DNA of 64,000 bases, taken from NCBI GenBank assembly GCA_001949185.1, contig BDGG01000001.1, positions 2,044,478 through 2,108,477 of the forward strand, written 5' to 3'. Origin of the DNA: Ramazzottius varieornatus (Eukaryota; Animalia; Tardigrada). Positions within the stretch are counted from its first letter, which is position 1, and the number at the start of each line of letters is the position of its first letter. The notes beneath the pieces were generated by a model. It was not told where the DNA came from. It made no database searches and saw only the letters and a program-made list of their open reading frames with translations. The position numbers and the translations under genes were made by a program. This document shows, piece after piece, positions 1 to 12,739 of the stretch.

Positions 1-1381
1 TCGTAATAGTCGGATATGGCTCCCCCTATTGGTCCAGCACCTCCTGATTGTCCTACGAAGAGGAAAGACGAGGTTAGTGCGTCACTTGGCCCCTCGGAAA
101 TTGTGCCCCGAACCGATACAGATGGCTTTAACCAATTTGTATCTCACCTACACAAATAGGTATCCGCCGAAGAAGGAAAGCTAAACAGGAAACGGAAAAG
201 AAGGCAGAAATACGAGTGGTCAAGGAATTCGAATGCATCTTAATACAAGGTAAGAACAGATTACAGCACCAGAAATAGCTCCTTGGATCATAAAGGAAAA
301 GTTGACCAAGCAGTTAGCATAACCAGCGGGTACCAGTCGAAAGTAAAGAGTCTCGGAAGTGGGTATTCAGACCACGTAAAGCTGTCTCTGAATGGCTATC
401 TTGTCCCGGCAATCGGATATGTCGAGAGATAGGATCAAGCAAGGATGAACCATGTGGAGCCAAGTTACTTAGAAGTATTATGACTGACTTGGAAATGAGG
501 TGGAATGGGCAGAGGCTCTTCTTTTTTTCTCTTTTGCAAGCTTTGCCGAAGTACCCGTCACCGCTTTGATGGGTGCTTGGGGGTGTTATGAGTTTTCTTG
601 GCAGGTCTTGTACAAACACTGACCGCGGTTACGCACGTTTTGCCTTGTTTTATTAACCAGGTCCAGACGGGTCTAGTCAGTGGGTTTCATGAATTAAATC
701 TGACGATGACAGAACACTGAATAAGCACTTGGCTTATGAGCGAGTTGCTAAACTAGTATGGGGATATTTTTCTAATGATTTCAACCGTAAAATTTGATTG
801 AAAGGCGGAAATGGAAAATGGAGGTGAAGACGATCGTTTTCCATTTCATCGGCAGAAATCCAGGTTCAAGTTATGGGTGAACAACCTAAATGCTGCCTGT
901 GACTTTGGCTTGCATCTCTGATAGCGTAGTGTCTAACTTCCGGTACACTATATACCTCTCCCGAGTCACGTTGGATACCGTGATCGAGTACACGACTGCG
1001 CAATTTACAAAACCTAAACACAGTGACAGAGTGTCGTTTGCCTGATGAAAGAGCGGGCTCACAAAGCATGATTAGGACGGAAATAGATGGTGCTCATCGA
1101 GAGAGAAGAATTTATTAAAATATGGGCATCAGTTTAAGAGCCGAGAACTTGAGTTTTTCGGTGATTAGAGTTCAAGAAAACTCACAGTTGCACTCCAAAA
1201 AGGTCAAGAAAGGTTTTCCGTGAGAGACACTTGAAGTAGTGCAGATTCCTTTATGTGAACCACGACCGACGTTGGAGGAGCTCTTAATGAACGACAGGAT
1301 GTCTCTAGACTAATGGGACGATTACAAAAGAGCTAACAGACCTTTATTCTATCGTTTAAAATGCAGGTGTTTGTCCACGAA

Positions 1382-1420
1382 CGCCTTCATGTCTTCACGC
1401 CTTCATGTCTTCCCGCCTTC
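1382..1420. repeat. Short tandem repeat, 16-bp unit x~2.5
   Basis: cgccttcatgtcttca cgccttcatgtcttcc cgccttc. Confidence 0.6.
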
Positions 1421-1618
1421 AAGAGGGTTTGTAAGAAGCGATCCGAGGGAGATCAGTTTAGAATATATTCCACCAGCGATGTCGATAATCCAGTTACAGC
1501 CTGCAGGTATATCCATCCACCCTCGTGTTCGCCAACTGTTGTAAGATTACAACCTCTCACTTCCCTTGCACGAAGACCTGCTTACCGATCGCGCTATCCA
1601 TCTTTCAAGATTATTAAA

Positions 1619-4600
1619 ATGTGGCATAGATATTCCGGCCCTTCAGTCTTTTTGTTAATGGGTCATTTCCTCACCAGTTCCGCGCAGTTCTTCACTAGTA
1701 CTCGTACGCCATCGAATGCCACGATCAGTTTGAATATTTGTCTGTCTCTAGAAACTCCGCCGTTGCTGACGGAAATTTTCAGCTACATACGAACAGCGGC
1801 GGCTGTAGATATCGCTGTTGACCAGGCCAACTCGTATGTTCTCCCGTCGAACATCCAGGTGAAGCTACATTTCCGGGATGCGGGACCTGATTGCTTTTCG
1901 GTCCAAGGACCCATCGTCGGTGCACTGGACTTGGTCATGCAAAATATCCAATGCCACGTTTACGTTGGACCAGGTACTATTTTCTCAGCTTTGACAGAAA
2001 CACTTTTTTGGAAAGACTACTCGAAGAACTCCCGGGAAGCCGGCAAACACCCGAAGCCCACTCTACAGTAAGCTGCATACATTGAACTGCGTAATCAATG
2101 TGGTACGGGACAAAACAATACTATTAATATTTCGCATGCCAATCGGTTTCACCAGCGTGCGTACAGCGAACCATACACATTCCATGGTCTTGAGTATGTA
2201 GGTGCTTGCAGAAAGTACAGTAACTCAAATAATGGTGTTTTCGCAGGTTGCACGAGTGACGCTGATGCTCTGTATAGCTTCGCGCTCTTCTACAAAATAC
2301 CCATCATAGCATGTCCAGCAGCCGGTATTGAAGTCACCGGTCCACAAAGATCAGAGTATCCATTGATGGTCAGGATGACTTACACATTTGCCGACGTCGC
2401 AAATATGCTAATAAAGATCCTTCAGCACTTTAGTTTTTCGCATGTGACATTGTTCACCGACGACACGCAGGGCTTCTTTAGCGAACTGGGTGAAACGGTG
2501 GTCACGTACTTCCGTAGACTTGATCCCGAGATGGATCGTAACTCGAGAAGCAAGACGCTGAAGAACGGGATGCAGCTGGTCAGCAATGAGGAAATAGCGA
2601 CCATGCTAATCGATGCTAACACAACCTCGCGAGGTAACTTGTCTTTTCATTTTACCATTGATGATACTGATCCAATATTGTTTTATTGTCACAGTGAACG
2701 TCCTTCTGGCAAACGCGACCGTAGTCCGGAATATCATGGTACGGTGTGGCTGCTGTTTCTGAATTAGACGTGGGCAATGAGTCGTGCCAGATCTGCGTCT
2801 CAAGTGGCGCACGTTTTCAGCCGTCAACACTGAAAACGTGGGTCACTTGGGAAAGCAATCTGGTTCAAGTCATTTTTTATCTCTGAATTGTATCTGTGTG
2901 CCTGGGTGGTAAAGGGTGGTAAAAGGCGTTGTTTTAATTACAGATGATTGCTTCGCGGTTGAACATGACGAACGGCGATTACGTTTTTTTCACGATCGAG
3001 TTATTCGAGGCGTATTACTGGGGGCACTTCGACTGGAAAACCGGCAAAGTGGACGACTCGGTACGGTACTCTTGCTGTAGCCTGTAGCTTGTTGGACGTT
3101 TTTTTCGCCAGGGAGGAGCAGTTATGGAGCGGCATAACGTTTTTGCTCCTCCGTTATCGTTTCTTTTTCGCTATTAACGAAACGGTAACGGGATGGACAA
3201 TGTCAATAATGGAACGAAAATAACGATTTTTCCGAGTAACTGAAAAAATGGAAAACGTTTTATAACGGAAGGAAAAACCATATTTCCGTTACGAAAAAAG
3301 CTCCAAGAGAGCGAAAAACCTCTTGAAAGTTCGAGTTCTAGAGGACTCCACCGCCGAACAAGCATAATGGCTCACCGAAAGTCGCACAGCTCAACGCGCT
3401 ATTTGAGTTTTGAGTGCCTGAAATCTATTTCTTGAAATCTTGGGTATAACGGTTCATAACGGAGAACGGTGCGTGAAAATTCATAAAGAAACGACAACGG
3501 GGGAAAAAAGTCGGATCTTAACGAAAACAAGACGGAAATCAAGGATTTTTATAACTGCCCATCCCTGTTTTCGCTGCTCTTTTGTGAAAGCTATGCTAAT
3601 CTATGCGTCGCGAATTTGAATTCATTGTTTCTTGATGCTGAATTGCAGGTAGCAAGACTAGCTTACGATTCCCTGAAGATCATTTCTTTGATGTCCAACG
3701 AAGACCAAGCTTACAGTGTTTATTCCGCGCAAGTGCGAAAGCTTTCACTGGATAAGTACAATTACACCTACGGTCTCTTCGAAACGGTGAGCTTATCTTT
3801 TTTTTGAAACACCTTTAAGTCTGAAATCTTCCCACAGTATAATCTCCATTTCCACGAACAAAACGAACTCGAAATTATCTGTTTTTCCAGATTGATCCGA
3901 TCGTGACCGGTTATTATGAAGCGATTATCCTCTACGCCACCGTGATCCGCCGAATGTACCGCCAAGGAGCCAATTACACCAATGGAACCGAGGTGGCGGA
4001 GTCCTTGAAGAACACCACGTTTCGAAGCCCGGTGAACGGTCCAACAAAGATCGATTCCGAGGGGGATCGTGTTACGACATACGCGCTGAAAGACCTGGAC
4101 ACCGACAGCGGCATCTACCAGGTAAAACCAACCATCAAACTAGCCATCCTTGCAAATCCTGAATATTAAAATGTGTTTGAACTTGACAGGTAGTAATGGT
4201 GTTCGATGATAACGAGACGTTAGTTAACGTCTCTACCATGAGCTGGGCCTACCGAACAACCCCACCGTCGGACGTCCCCTTTTGTGGCTTCACAGGAGAC
4301 GCACTTCGTTGTAGACCTCAAGGTACTTCCCTCGAAGAAACTAAGCTTCCTCACATGAAAGTTGAAACTTACCGAGAAACAGTTACGTGACTGAGGGCGC
4401 TGTTTGTCAGACGATTCTGTGTACTAGTTGCGGGACTGAATCCTGGGCTAATCGCAGTCGCGGCGGTCTTGCCCATCCTTCTGGTCGCTGCAATGGCTGC
4501 AGCGATTATTATCCTTTTCATCAAGTAAGTCTTCGTTAGGGCTTTCACATTCATCGGCGTGGTAATCAAAACTAATGTGGGGCTTTTGCATGGCTTCAGG

Positions 4601-7552
4601 CAAGCCAACCAAACATACGATCCGTACTGGTGGCGCCTCCCTATGGAGGAACTCCAGCTTATCGGGGTGACGGGGGCTTCCATCAACTCCAGAGGCTCAA
4701 AGAACGAAATGGTATGGTAGTCCAGCTGAACAGTTTGTCTAACTTATCCTAGTGGAACAGTTGTGCTGATAGCTTCTCGTTTCCGGGTGGCTGAATAGTG
4801 GGGAGCTACTCTGTTGCTCTTAATCTAGGGTGGACGGTCGGAAACGGTCGGTGGCAGCACACTTCGTTCGGGTACTACTCTTAACTCCTACTTCGGCAGC
4901 TTCTTCGACAAAAGGGCCTACTTCCGAGGAACAGTCGTCGCTGTCAGGAACGTGGCGAAACTCAACTGCCATTCCAGTACAGCGTTCGTGAATGACATGA
5001 GACTGGTACGGGCTCCTGCATACTCTGAAAGAATGGTAAACATCTCTGGTATAACGTAACTGCTCCATGATTTCAGGTACACAACCTAGCGCATGACAAC
5101 ATTCACAAGCTTATCGGCATCGCAGTCTCAATGGCTGAAGGTGCTTTCCAGTACGTCGTTGGCGACCTGTGCTCACACGGAAGTCTTCAAGACGTCCTCA
5201 CACACGACACGATCAGGCTGGACTGGTCGTTTAAGAATTCCATGATACGCGACATTGTCTTGGTACGTTGCTTCATCTAGTTTTCACTGAATCTAGATTT
5301 CTCCAAGTCCAAATGAGAAAGCAACCTGAACCGTGAACCGGACTGGAAATCGTCACATAAGTTAGCCCAGTTTGCATCCACCTGCGTATACTTGCGTTGT
5401 TATATCTGTGTTTTGTCATTGTACGCAGATGCATGACGGGTCTTTGGCCAAGTTTGCAGTGGCATGCGTACCTTTATGCCACTCACCGATACGGGGTTCG
5501 CTGGATGCAGGTTCGTGCTAAGCTTGCTTCGCTTGTTTCAGGGTATGGAGTACCTTCATGGGAGCCCGCTGGAAACCCACGGCGATCTCTCAGCTTATAC
5601 CTGCATGGTTGACAGTCGTTTCACGGTGAAGATAAGTGACGTCGGCTTATGGTACCTCCGCGACCCCAAACACCTGCTGCCACCTATCGCCAGTGAAGGG
5701 GAACGCGACTATGACTACCTTTTGTGGCGCGCGCCAGAACTATTGCGGGTCAAGATGACGCCAAAAGGAACACAGAAAGGTTGACCGTTAGACCATCTTT
5801 CATCTTGTCAGAGAGAAAGGTTGAACTACTTAATGCTTGTTTTTACCATAGGTGACGTGTTCAGCTTTGGTATAATCCTCCAGCAGATTATCCTGCGCTG
5901 TGAGGCGTATGATCTTCCGGGGGATGATCATAGCGATATGGTCTCTAAGCGGGAGATCGTGATGGAAGTCCAGCGGGGCGTGGACCCACCGCTGCGACCA
6001 AGGGTACCGCGGGTGTCCTGTTCAAATGAGGTATGGGAGAATATCAATAATCTGTTCCTTGGTTTCTTTCTTTGTTATTTCTAACGAGCGTTCTCGCTGC
6101 AGGTGTACGCATTAATGGAGAACTGCTGGTCCGAGTTCCCTCTAGAGCGGCCATCCTTTGGGAAGATCAAGAGTAACTTGACGAAAATTGTGGGAAAGAC
6201 TGGAGATAACATAGTGGACCACCTACTGAAACGCATGGAAGAGTAAGTCCTTGTCTCCACAGGAAAAAAATCTGAAGGCCTGAATTTAGCATAAAGTATT
6301 CTGCAGGTACGCGAGTGATTTGGAGCAGCAGGTAGCCGACAAGACAGCAGCTTTCATGGAAGAAAAGCAAAGATCAGAAATATTGTTGTGTCAGTTGCTA
6401 CCAAGGTACGAGATTGTGCTCATCGCTCCAAGGTTCCCACAGTGTGGCCACACATATTTTGGAGCATTTAAATAATTCAAGATTTGTTACAGGAGTGTTG
6501 CGGAAGCATTAACGAGAGGCCATACGGTAGATCCGGAAGCGTACGAAAGCGTAACCATATACTTCAGGTACTTTTTCGTTTTTATCGGCCTTCATCCTTG
6601 TCTATACATCAGCAACTAGCATATCCAGTTTATCATTTCCTACTTTCCAGCGACATCGTGGGATTCACAGAGCTATCAGCTAATGTATTGCCTATGGACG
6701 TGGTTTCATTGCTGAATGAACTGTACACCGTCTTCGACAATGTCATTGAAAGCTTCGATGTCTACAAGGTATGATGTTAACCGACCACTTCCGTCTTGTT
6801 ATGTGTCTGACAGTTCGGCCATTAATCTGTGAAATCTTGCAGGTCGAGACTATCGGTGATGCATACATGGTCAGTAGTGGACTTCCGGTGCGCAATGGTA
6901 AGAGCGAGCCTCAATAAACATGAACGAGCCCGTCTGGATTGACCATGAGACACTTTGCAGGAAACAAACACGCAAGGGAAATTGCCCTCATGTCGTTGCG
7001 CATACGGCATGATATCGCCAACTTTACTATTCCACACAGACCACAGGAAAAACTACTCATAAGAATAGGGATTCATTCGGGACCCTGTGTAGCAGGTACC
7101 GTACGAATACCTATTATGTTATATCATTTGCTGCGTCATTTTTGTCCACTCCATATGGTATCAATATTCTAGTCTGTACTATCCAAAAAATAGGTATCGT
7201 CGGGTTAAAAATGCCTCGCTACTGCCTGTAAGTTTCGTTAGACCACACCTCACGTGCACGGAATTAGCTATCGAATTTGGTTTGTAACTTCTAGCTTTGG
7301 GGATACCGTAAACACAGCTAGCAGAATGGAATCGTCTGGAGAAGCCATGAAAATCCAGATTAGCGACGTGGCACACAGGCTACTTCAAGACATTGGAAGA
7401 TTCATCATGGAAGAACGAGGACCGACAAACATCAAGGTGAGTCCTTCAAAGAAAAAATGAGAGAAGAAGCTTCTTTCTGCAAAACCGAAAGCGTGTTTTC
7501 TTCAAAGGGAAAGGGTGTCATGGTGACATATTGGCTGAACAGCTCATTTTAA
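1619..7552 (+). CDS. Receptor-type guanylyl cyclase (natriuretic peptide receptor-like), multi-exon (GC1)
   Basis: Spliced ORF pieces give a signal peptide, an ANF-receptor ectodomain (AVDIAVD...CHVYVGPG; [10 protein letters not shown]; IDSEGDR; [10 protein letters not shown]), a TM helix near 4440-4525, a kinase-homology domain (HGDL...[26 protein letters not shown]) and a cyclase domain ([49 protein letters not shown]). Last exon [14 protein letters not shown]. Confidence 0.93.
2765..2874. repeat. Palindromic element copy P1 (core 2802-2848)
   Basis: caagtggcgcacgttttcag-ccgtcaaca-ctgaaaacgtgggtcacttgg with aatga..ccagat / atctgg..tcatt flanks; in GC1 intron 2739-2943. Confidence 0.9.
3109..3567. 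mobile_element. Non-autonomous TIR element (hAT-like MITE) in GC1 intron
   Basis: 17-bp TIRs cagggaggagcagttat / ataactgcccatccctg (15/17 match); direct repeat ttttcgc on both flanks (3102-3108, 3568-3574); interior rich in (T)AACG subterminal motifs. Confidence 0.82.
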
Positions 7553-7601
7553 GATAACAAAAAGAATGAAAAGATTTTCAACTTCCATAGAAGAAAGTAT
7601 T

Positions 7602-8716
7602 CTACGCGTTCACCGATGTCGTGGTTTGTTGTTGCTGAGAACCCAACGTGGGTACAGCCCGTACTGAAGGCACCGGCCGAATGGCCGTCATTATGGGTTG
7701 CATCATGAACATCATCGGCTGCATGACGGACATGGGCATCACAACGAACGGCGCACATTGTATAGTCTTCACGATAACAAACTGTCGTTTTGGTGCTTCC
7801 TTCTTCAGCATGTAACTGAAGGGGAGCTCCATCAGAAAGAAGACTGCCAGAGTGTACCAGCATTTTTTTAGAATAAGCGGTCTGTCGCTGCAGTCGATGG
7901 AGGCTAAGACTTTCCGCTCGAACCCCGCTACACTGAAAAACAAAGCACGACAGACGAAAGATTACGCTTCCTTCATCACGTAGAAAAATCAGAGCTACTT
8001 TTTCCCCATTCCGCAAAAGCTAAAAGTTGTCAGAAAGGTGGTTAAAAGTAGAGTTGGATCAGTGCGCGGGTTTGTTGGGGTGGAGGTATTTTCCCATGGT
8101 TTTTTAACGATTGTAAAATTTCTTCGCTTCGAAGTGGCGCACGACGTCATCGCAGAAAGTCTGCAGCGACGTCACTGTGCACTTTAGTTGTCGAGCTTTC
8201 ACTTCTGGCATTTCTCCTACTTGAAATGCTCGTAAATGTTGTAATACATGTCGCGCCATCGGTTGGCTTCGATGAACTGGTGCTTCTGGTTGATGAACGC
8301 GGTTTCGCTAACAGGATCGGCAAGCCGTATTGTACAAAGGTGGCCGGTAGTGGAGGTCCTTCGAACTGACCGGTAGGCTGACCAGGCGGAGGCTTGTATT
8401 CTTGTTCGGGTGGTGGTTGGCCTATCTGACCCGGTTGGTGCTGTTGTTGGGGAGGTGGTGGAGGGGAAGAAGGCTGTGGTGGCGCAGTAGGAGCTGGAGC
8501 ATGCTGTTGGGCGTATTGCTGGCCGGCTTGCGCGTATTGTTGGGCGTAATGTTGACCGTATGGAGAAGGATACTGTGACAGCTGTTGTTGGCCATACTGG
8601 GGTTTCTGTTGGACGTACTGGAAACCTTCGGGTGCATATTGGGTTTGGTTTTGGGGATTAACATAAACATTCGGCTGGTAGGGTTGACCATAGCCAGGAC
8701 CAGGACCAACTTGCAT
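7602..8716 (-). CDS. Pro/Gln/Tyr-rich protein with TMEM151-like C-terminal region; apparent frameshift (possible pseudogene or assembly error)
   Basis: P/Q-rich ORF 8147..8728. A different frame reads LADPVSETAFINQKHQFIEANRWRDMYYNIYEHF and splices (intron 7933-8220) into VAGFERKVLASIDCSDRPLILKKCWYTLAVFFLMELPF...FVIVKTI, which resembles the TMEM151 C-terminus as I recall it. Confidence 0.55.
8132..8177. repeat. Degenerate palindromic element copy P2 (overlaps a GACGTC hairpin)
   Basis: aagtggcgcac left arm; right arm reduced to cgacgtcactg; 46-bp span; intronic. Confidence 0.4.
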
Positions 8717-8872
8717 TTTTCGGAACATTCGAATTTAGAGCCAAATAATTTTGAGTAGTCCTGACAACTGGTCAAAAAGTTGGTGTGTTCACCGGTCACT
8801 TCAGCTTGTGTGAAATCTTGGCTAAATAATTTCGGAAGAGCAGATCGGCAACTCAACAAACAAAATCGGATC

Positions 8873-8969
8873 GATCGTCGTCTCAAGTGGCACATGTTGT
8901 CAATGAATTTGGCTGGATGCGTGCGCCACTTGGGAAAACGGTCTGGTCGAGCATGTCTGCCGGCTTCGC
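8873..8969. repeat. Palindromic element copy P3 (core 8885-8931)
   Basis: tctcaagtggcacat...gtgcgccacttgggaaaacggtctggtcgag; probable 5'UTR intron. Confidence 0.88.
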
Positions 8970-9661
8970 AGTTTGTCTCTTACCGTCATCTTTTCAGCTC
9001 GTTTCACTGACCCGCGATTCATGGTATTCCGTGCACATGTCTAACAATTTGTGATCAGTACATCTACTCGAAGTTATCATAGATGGAATAATAGGAGTCT
9101 CGATTCATATGAGTCTCGATAAAGTCTTTCTTCTGACTGACTGAAGTAAGGAGACTCGCTTGCCAGATCCACAAATTTGAAAGTCTTGTAGAAGTTAGGT
9201 CGACTTTTTGAAATTCTCCAGCCCTTCAATCTCAGCCATCGAAGTATCTCGTCACTGGTCATGCAGTGTACAATTCATCAGCTCTTTATCTGCCCACCCA
9301 AGTCACCGCTTCGATAAACATGGAAATCCTTCACTTCGGTGGACTATGTCTACCGCGTCTTGGGAACCGCGATGTTGGCTGCGAACACGTGCTCGAGAAC
9401 CGGTTGAGCCGATCATCCAACCATTGATGGCGTAACCATTTGGTGGGTCGCTCCATATCTTCGCAGCGACCGACCAAATGAAGAGCGCATCCGGCTAAAT
9501 TTAGTGGAGGAACCAAAAGTATCCGTGACAACTAATTTCGAACTTCAGAAAAGTTTCTCAACGTTTTTTCTAGTTTAGAATACAGAACTTCGAGTTTCGA
9601 ATTTTATCACACTTGTACATCCAGGCTTAGACTTTTTATCCCTGCGCCCAGTGTGGCAGGA

Positions 9662-11216
9662 ATGAGCAATAATCCCAACACGTCATCGGCCAAGAAAGAC
9701 TCAAGTATGTAAAGATATATTTTAACCTATCTAGAAAATAAAATTACAAAAGCCGAAACTCGTAATAAGTACGGCGATGTTCATCTTTCTATCGCCAGAA
9801 CAGCCCAACGAAGTAGATTCGGAACCCAGTGCGACTTCTGAACCTCCCAACTTTAACCAGTCTGCTTCCTCTTCCAACCGATCAACTCGGTCACAACCCA
9901 CCAATCCCAAACTAAAAGTTTTAAAACCCCGTCATCGCCAAAAGGAAGTCGCCAAACCTTGGCATGATATGCGCATGTTTGTCGACCGCTCCCTCTCATC
10001 CAGCCGGTCCATCTCTACTGAGGGGAGCCAGACCGATCCCGACGATCGGCAGGCTGACGTCAGCGAAGACGAACTGCCGTCTCGCACAGCTCGACGCCTG
10101 TCCCGCGTCCCGTCCAGCCTGGATCCCGAGTCAGTGAACGACCTTCCTGCCAGTTACCTGCGACAAAGACGAAGTAGCCTGACACCCTTATCATATCTGT
10201 CCCACCACGACGATGCGACCGAACAGTTTCTCGAACAAGTCGCCGCTGTACCCGGCGCCGCACTTCCCCACGAAGGCGAGATTACCGTGGCGGAGTCGGC
10301 GCTACTCGAACATCGTGATTCAGCCGAACATTTCCGTCCTAAGAGACATTCAGCTGTAGCTGGAATTACCATTGAGATTACACCGCCAAGTGCCATCAGG
10401 GAAAGTAACAACTTCATCCTTGATACTGTCTTCATTGAAGTACCGGATGACGATACGAACCAGTCGACTCAGCCGAAGACCGACGACGACCTCGCTGTTG
10501 ACAGTAACCACAGTCATGCTTACGTGGTACAAAGCCTAACAGACTCCATAGACAAGATGCCGGCAATTAGTACGGTGCCTTCTACACAGAATGTGGACAA
10601 GGTGGAATCGTTACCGGGGAATCGATCGCCTGAACCGACGTTGACGTCAGTGAACCCTACAGACTCGATGACGGCCGGTGCGCCACCTGGAAGGCGGAAA
10701 ACGAAGTTGATAGCTATCAATGTGAGGCGACAGACCTTGTCAGCTATTCCACGGCCGGCAAAGACTGTCAGGTTCGATCAGGACGTGGAGAGAGCTTATA
10801 ACATCGATGAAGACGCGCTACAGCCACCCGACAGAATACCCCACTTGTGGACGGAAGAGCTGGGGCAGATATTCCAGACGCCGGAACAGCTGGAAACGGA
10901 AAGTGAGCAACCCTTCACACCTGGCCTGTTAAGAGTGTATGATTTTTCAGATAAAGAGCTGATGAAAATTTTTGATCATCGGGAGAAGTTTATAGAAGAG
11001 AAAAACGCCCTGTTGAAGTTCTTTCAAGGTAAACTGGCCAGTGTGCCCCCTTTGTACCTTGAAGCTCTTGACCCGAACAGGGTTCGTGCTGTAAGTTCTT
11101 TGAATAGTGTATCTTGAGTTTCGACGCGTGAACTTTTCTTCTAAAAGCCGCCCGCACCTCAAAATCAATACCTATAGTCAATTCAGACGGTTAACTCTTG
11201 GCGTCATTCTGCTTAG
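9662..11216 (+). CDS. Hypothetical, largely disordered Ser/Pro/Asp-rich protein (3 exons)
   Basis: ATG 9662 exon splices in phase to the long ORF (9799-11090); donor gtaagt at 11091; terminal exon TVNSWRHSA*. Contains a KTVRF (RVxF-like) motif. No family recognised. Confidence 0.65.
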
Positions 11217-11522
11217 ACAGCAATATCCATGTGCTTTACTGTCGACGTACGGAAGATGTCTTTCGATCCACTCAGTTCATTACTAGCTAGTGGTTCTGAC
11301 CACTGATAAGGCCGATCAGAAGCAGAGAAGCACAAGTTTTGCGAGTAAAAACTTCTGCCACTCGGATCAAGTTGCGCACTTGTTTTCAGTACAGAGGTTG
11401 CGATATCTGAAAGCTCGAACAATCTGATCGTCCATTGAAATCTCGACAGACTTAAAAGGGTCTCGCTTCGCTCGGCCTGATAATCTCGTACTCTCGTTCG
11501 TATTGGGAACCCGTATATATTC

Positions 11523-11638
11523 GGGACGAGGGCAAAATTAATGACTTGAACAAGATCGTTGTCCCGAGTGGCGCACGTTTCAAGTCAATAACAATGAAGA
11601 CGTGCGCCACTTGAGATGACGATCGGGTTCAGTTAGTC
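11523..11638. repeat. Palindromic element copy P4 (core 11566-11612)
   Basis: aatgacttgaacaagatcgttgtcccgagtggcgcacg...cgtgcgccacttgagatgacgatcgggttc; between genes. Confidence 0.9.
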
Positions 11639-12614
11639 TGCCCAGGTACCATTTGTCGACGCTCGCTTGAATGTCAGTAGAGGGTAACTTAGTTTGAGCA
11701 ATAGGAAGACTATTGATTACATGCACCGTCCCTACATCTTCCATCAGCAACGAGAAACCGCTGTGCCGTTTGTACATTACGAACTGTCGATGTAATTTAT
11801 TCCCAGGAGCACAGTTTGCAAGGCTACTTCCCGGGCTTGCTGTAAAACGTCCTGCAGTATTTTGCACTCACTTGGAATAAAAGAGGAAGTAGGAAGAGTG
11901 TGTCCCTGTATTGACTCTGCATCGGTGGATCGATGGGTTACGCAAGTGACTGCCAGTCTGCCACTAACGTACTTCCTTGTTGAAGCAGACCGAGCTATAG
12001 CTGTTGAAAATCTGTCACAGCCTCGACAACCCATCTATCCCAGTCTCCGTTTTTGCCCATCATGGTGGAGAGGGGCTAAAAAACAGATTAACTTAGCAGG
12101 AGACAGGGAAGAGCGCGTGCATGATAGCGAAACACAGTGTATAAACTTGCCTGCCGCGATCTCTTTACATTCGCTCCAGCATTGGCCATTGATCGGCTTC
12201 CAGCCTAGCTTTGCCGTTGGCTCTTTCGGGTATCCGTCAAGCATTTTCGGGAAAAGGGCTTTACGTAAGAATTTATCGTAAACGGCTGTCCTTCCTTCTC
12301 TCTTTCAACCTTCTCTCCTCATCCAGATAGTCTTCACAGATATTGGGGCTTTATTGTTCGCACGTGAGAATAGCTTCCTTTCTTGATCTCTTCATACTTC
12401 GCGGTGAGTGACCTGAAATTTTGATTGAGCGTTAGTTCGTGCAGGAACGTACAGGCTCTAAATTTAGTTACCGTCAAAATAATCTTATGTCTGACGCCAA
12501 GAAGATTTGAATAACCATGTAATATGTGCGAATTGCGTGCAAATTCCCGAAACAGCCATTTTGAGCGTTACATAATACCAGTCAAGGCCGTGCCCCAGCA
12601 CAAGCAGGATAACT

Positions 12615-12739
12615 GGGAGCACGGCAAAGGATTCTGCTACGTCCTTCTCTCAAGTGGCGCACAATCACAGCCAATATCACTGAAAACATGCGTCACTTGA
12701 GGAAACTTCTGGGGATGTATGTTAATTTGTCGGGCTCCT
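12615..12739. repeat. Palindromic element copy P5 (core 12652-12698)
   Basis: caagtggcgcac-aatcacagccaatatcactgaaaac-atgcgtcacttg; ends gggagcacggcaaa / tttgtcgggctcc; in a probable 5'UTR intron (12404-12840). Confidence 0.88.

Noticed and set aside
77-87. Isolated half-sites of the palindrome core (also 11369-11379, 51616-51626, 57096-57106)
   Set aside because: No partner arm at the 47-bp spacing and no convincing outer-arm similarity; could be chance or remnants.
1-1300. Short ORFs at the window start
   Set aside because: No recognisable domain or splice-consistent model; no tRNA or rRNA signatures noticed here or elsewhere in the window.
1361-1618. Upstream in-frame extension of the GC1 first exon
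   Set aside because: The signal-peptide-like sequence starts at Met 1619; the upstream part contains a tandem repeat and looks like UTR.
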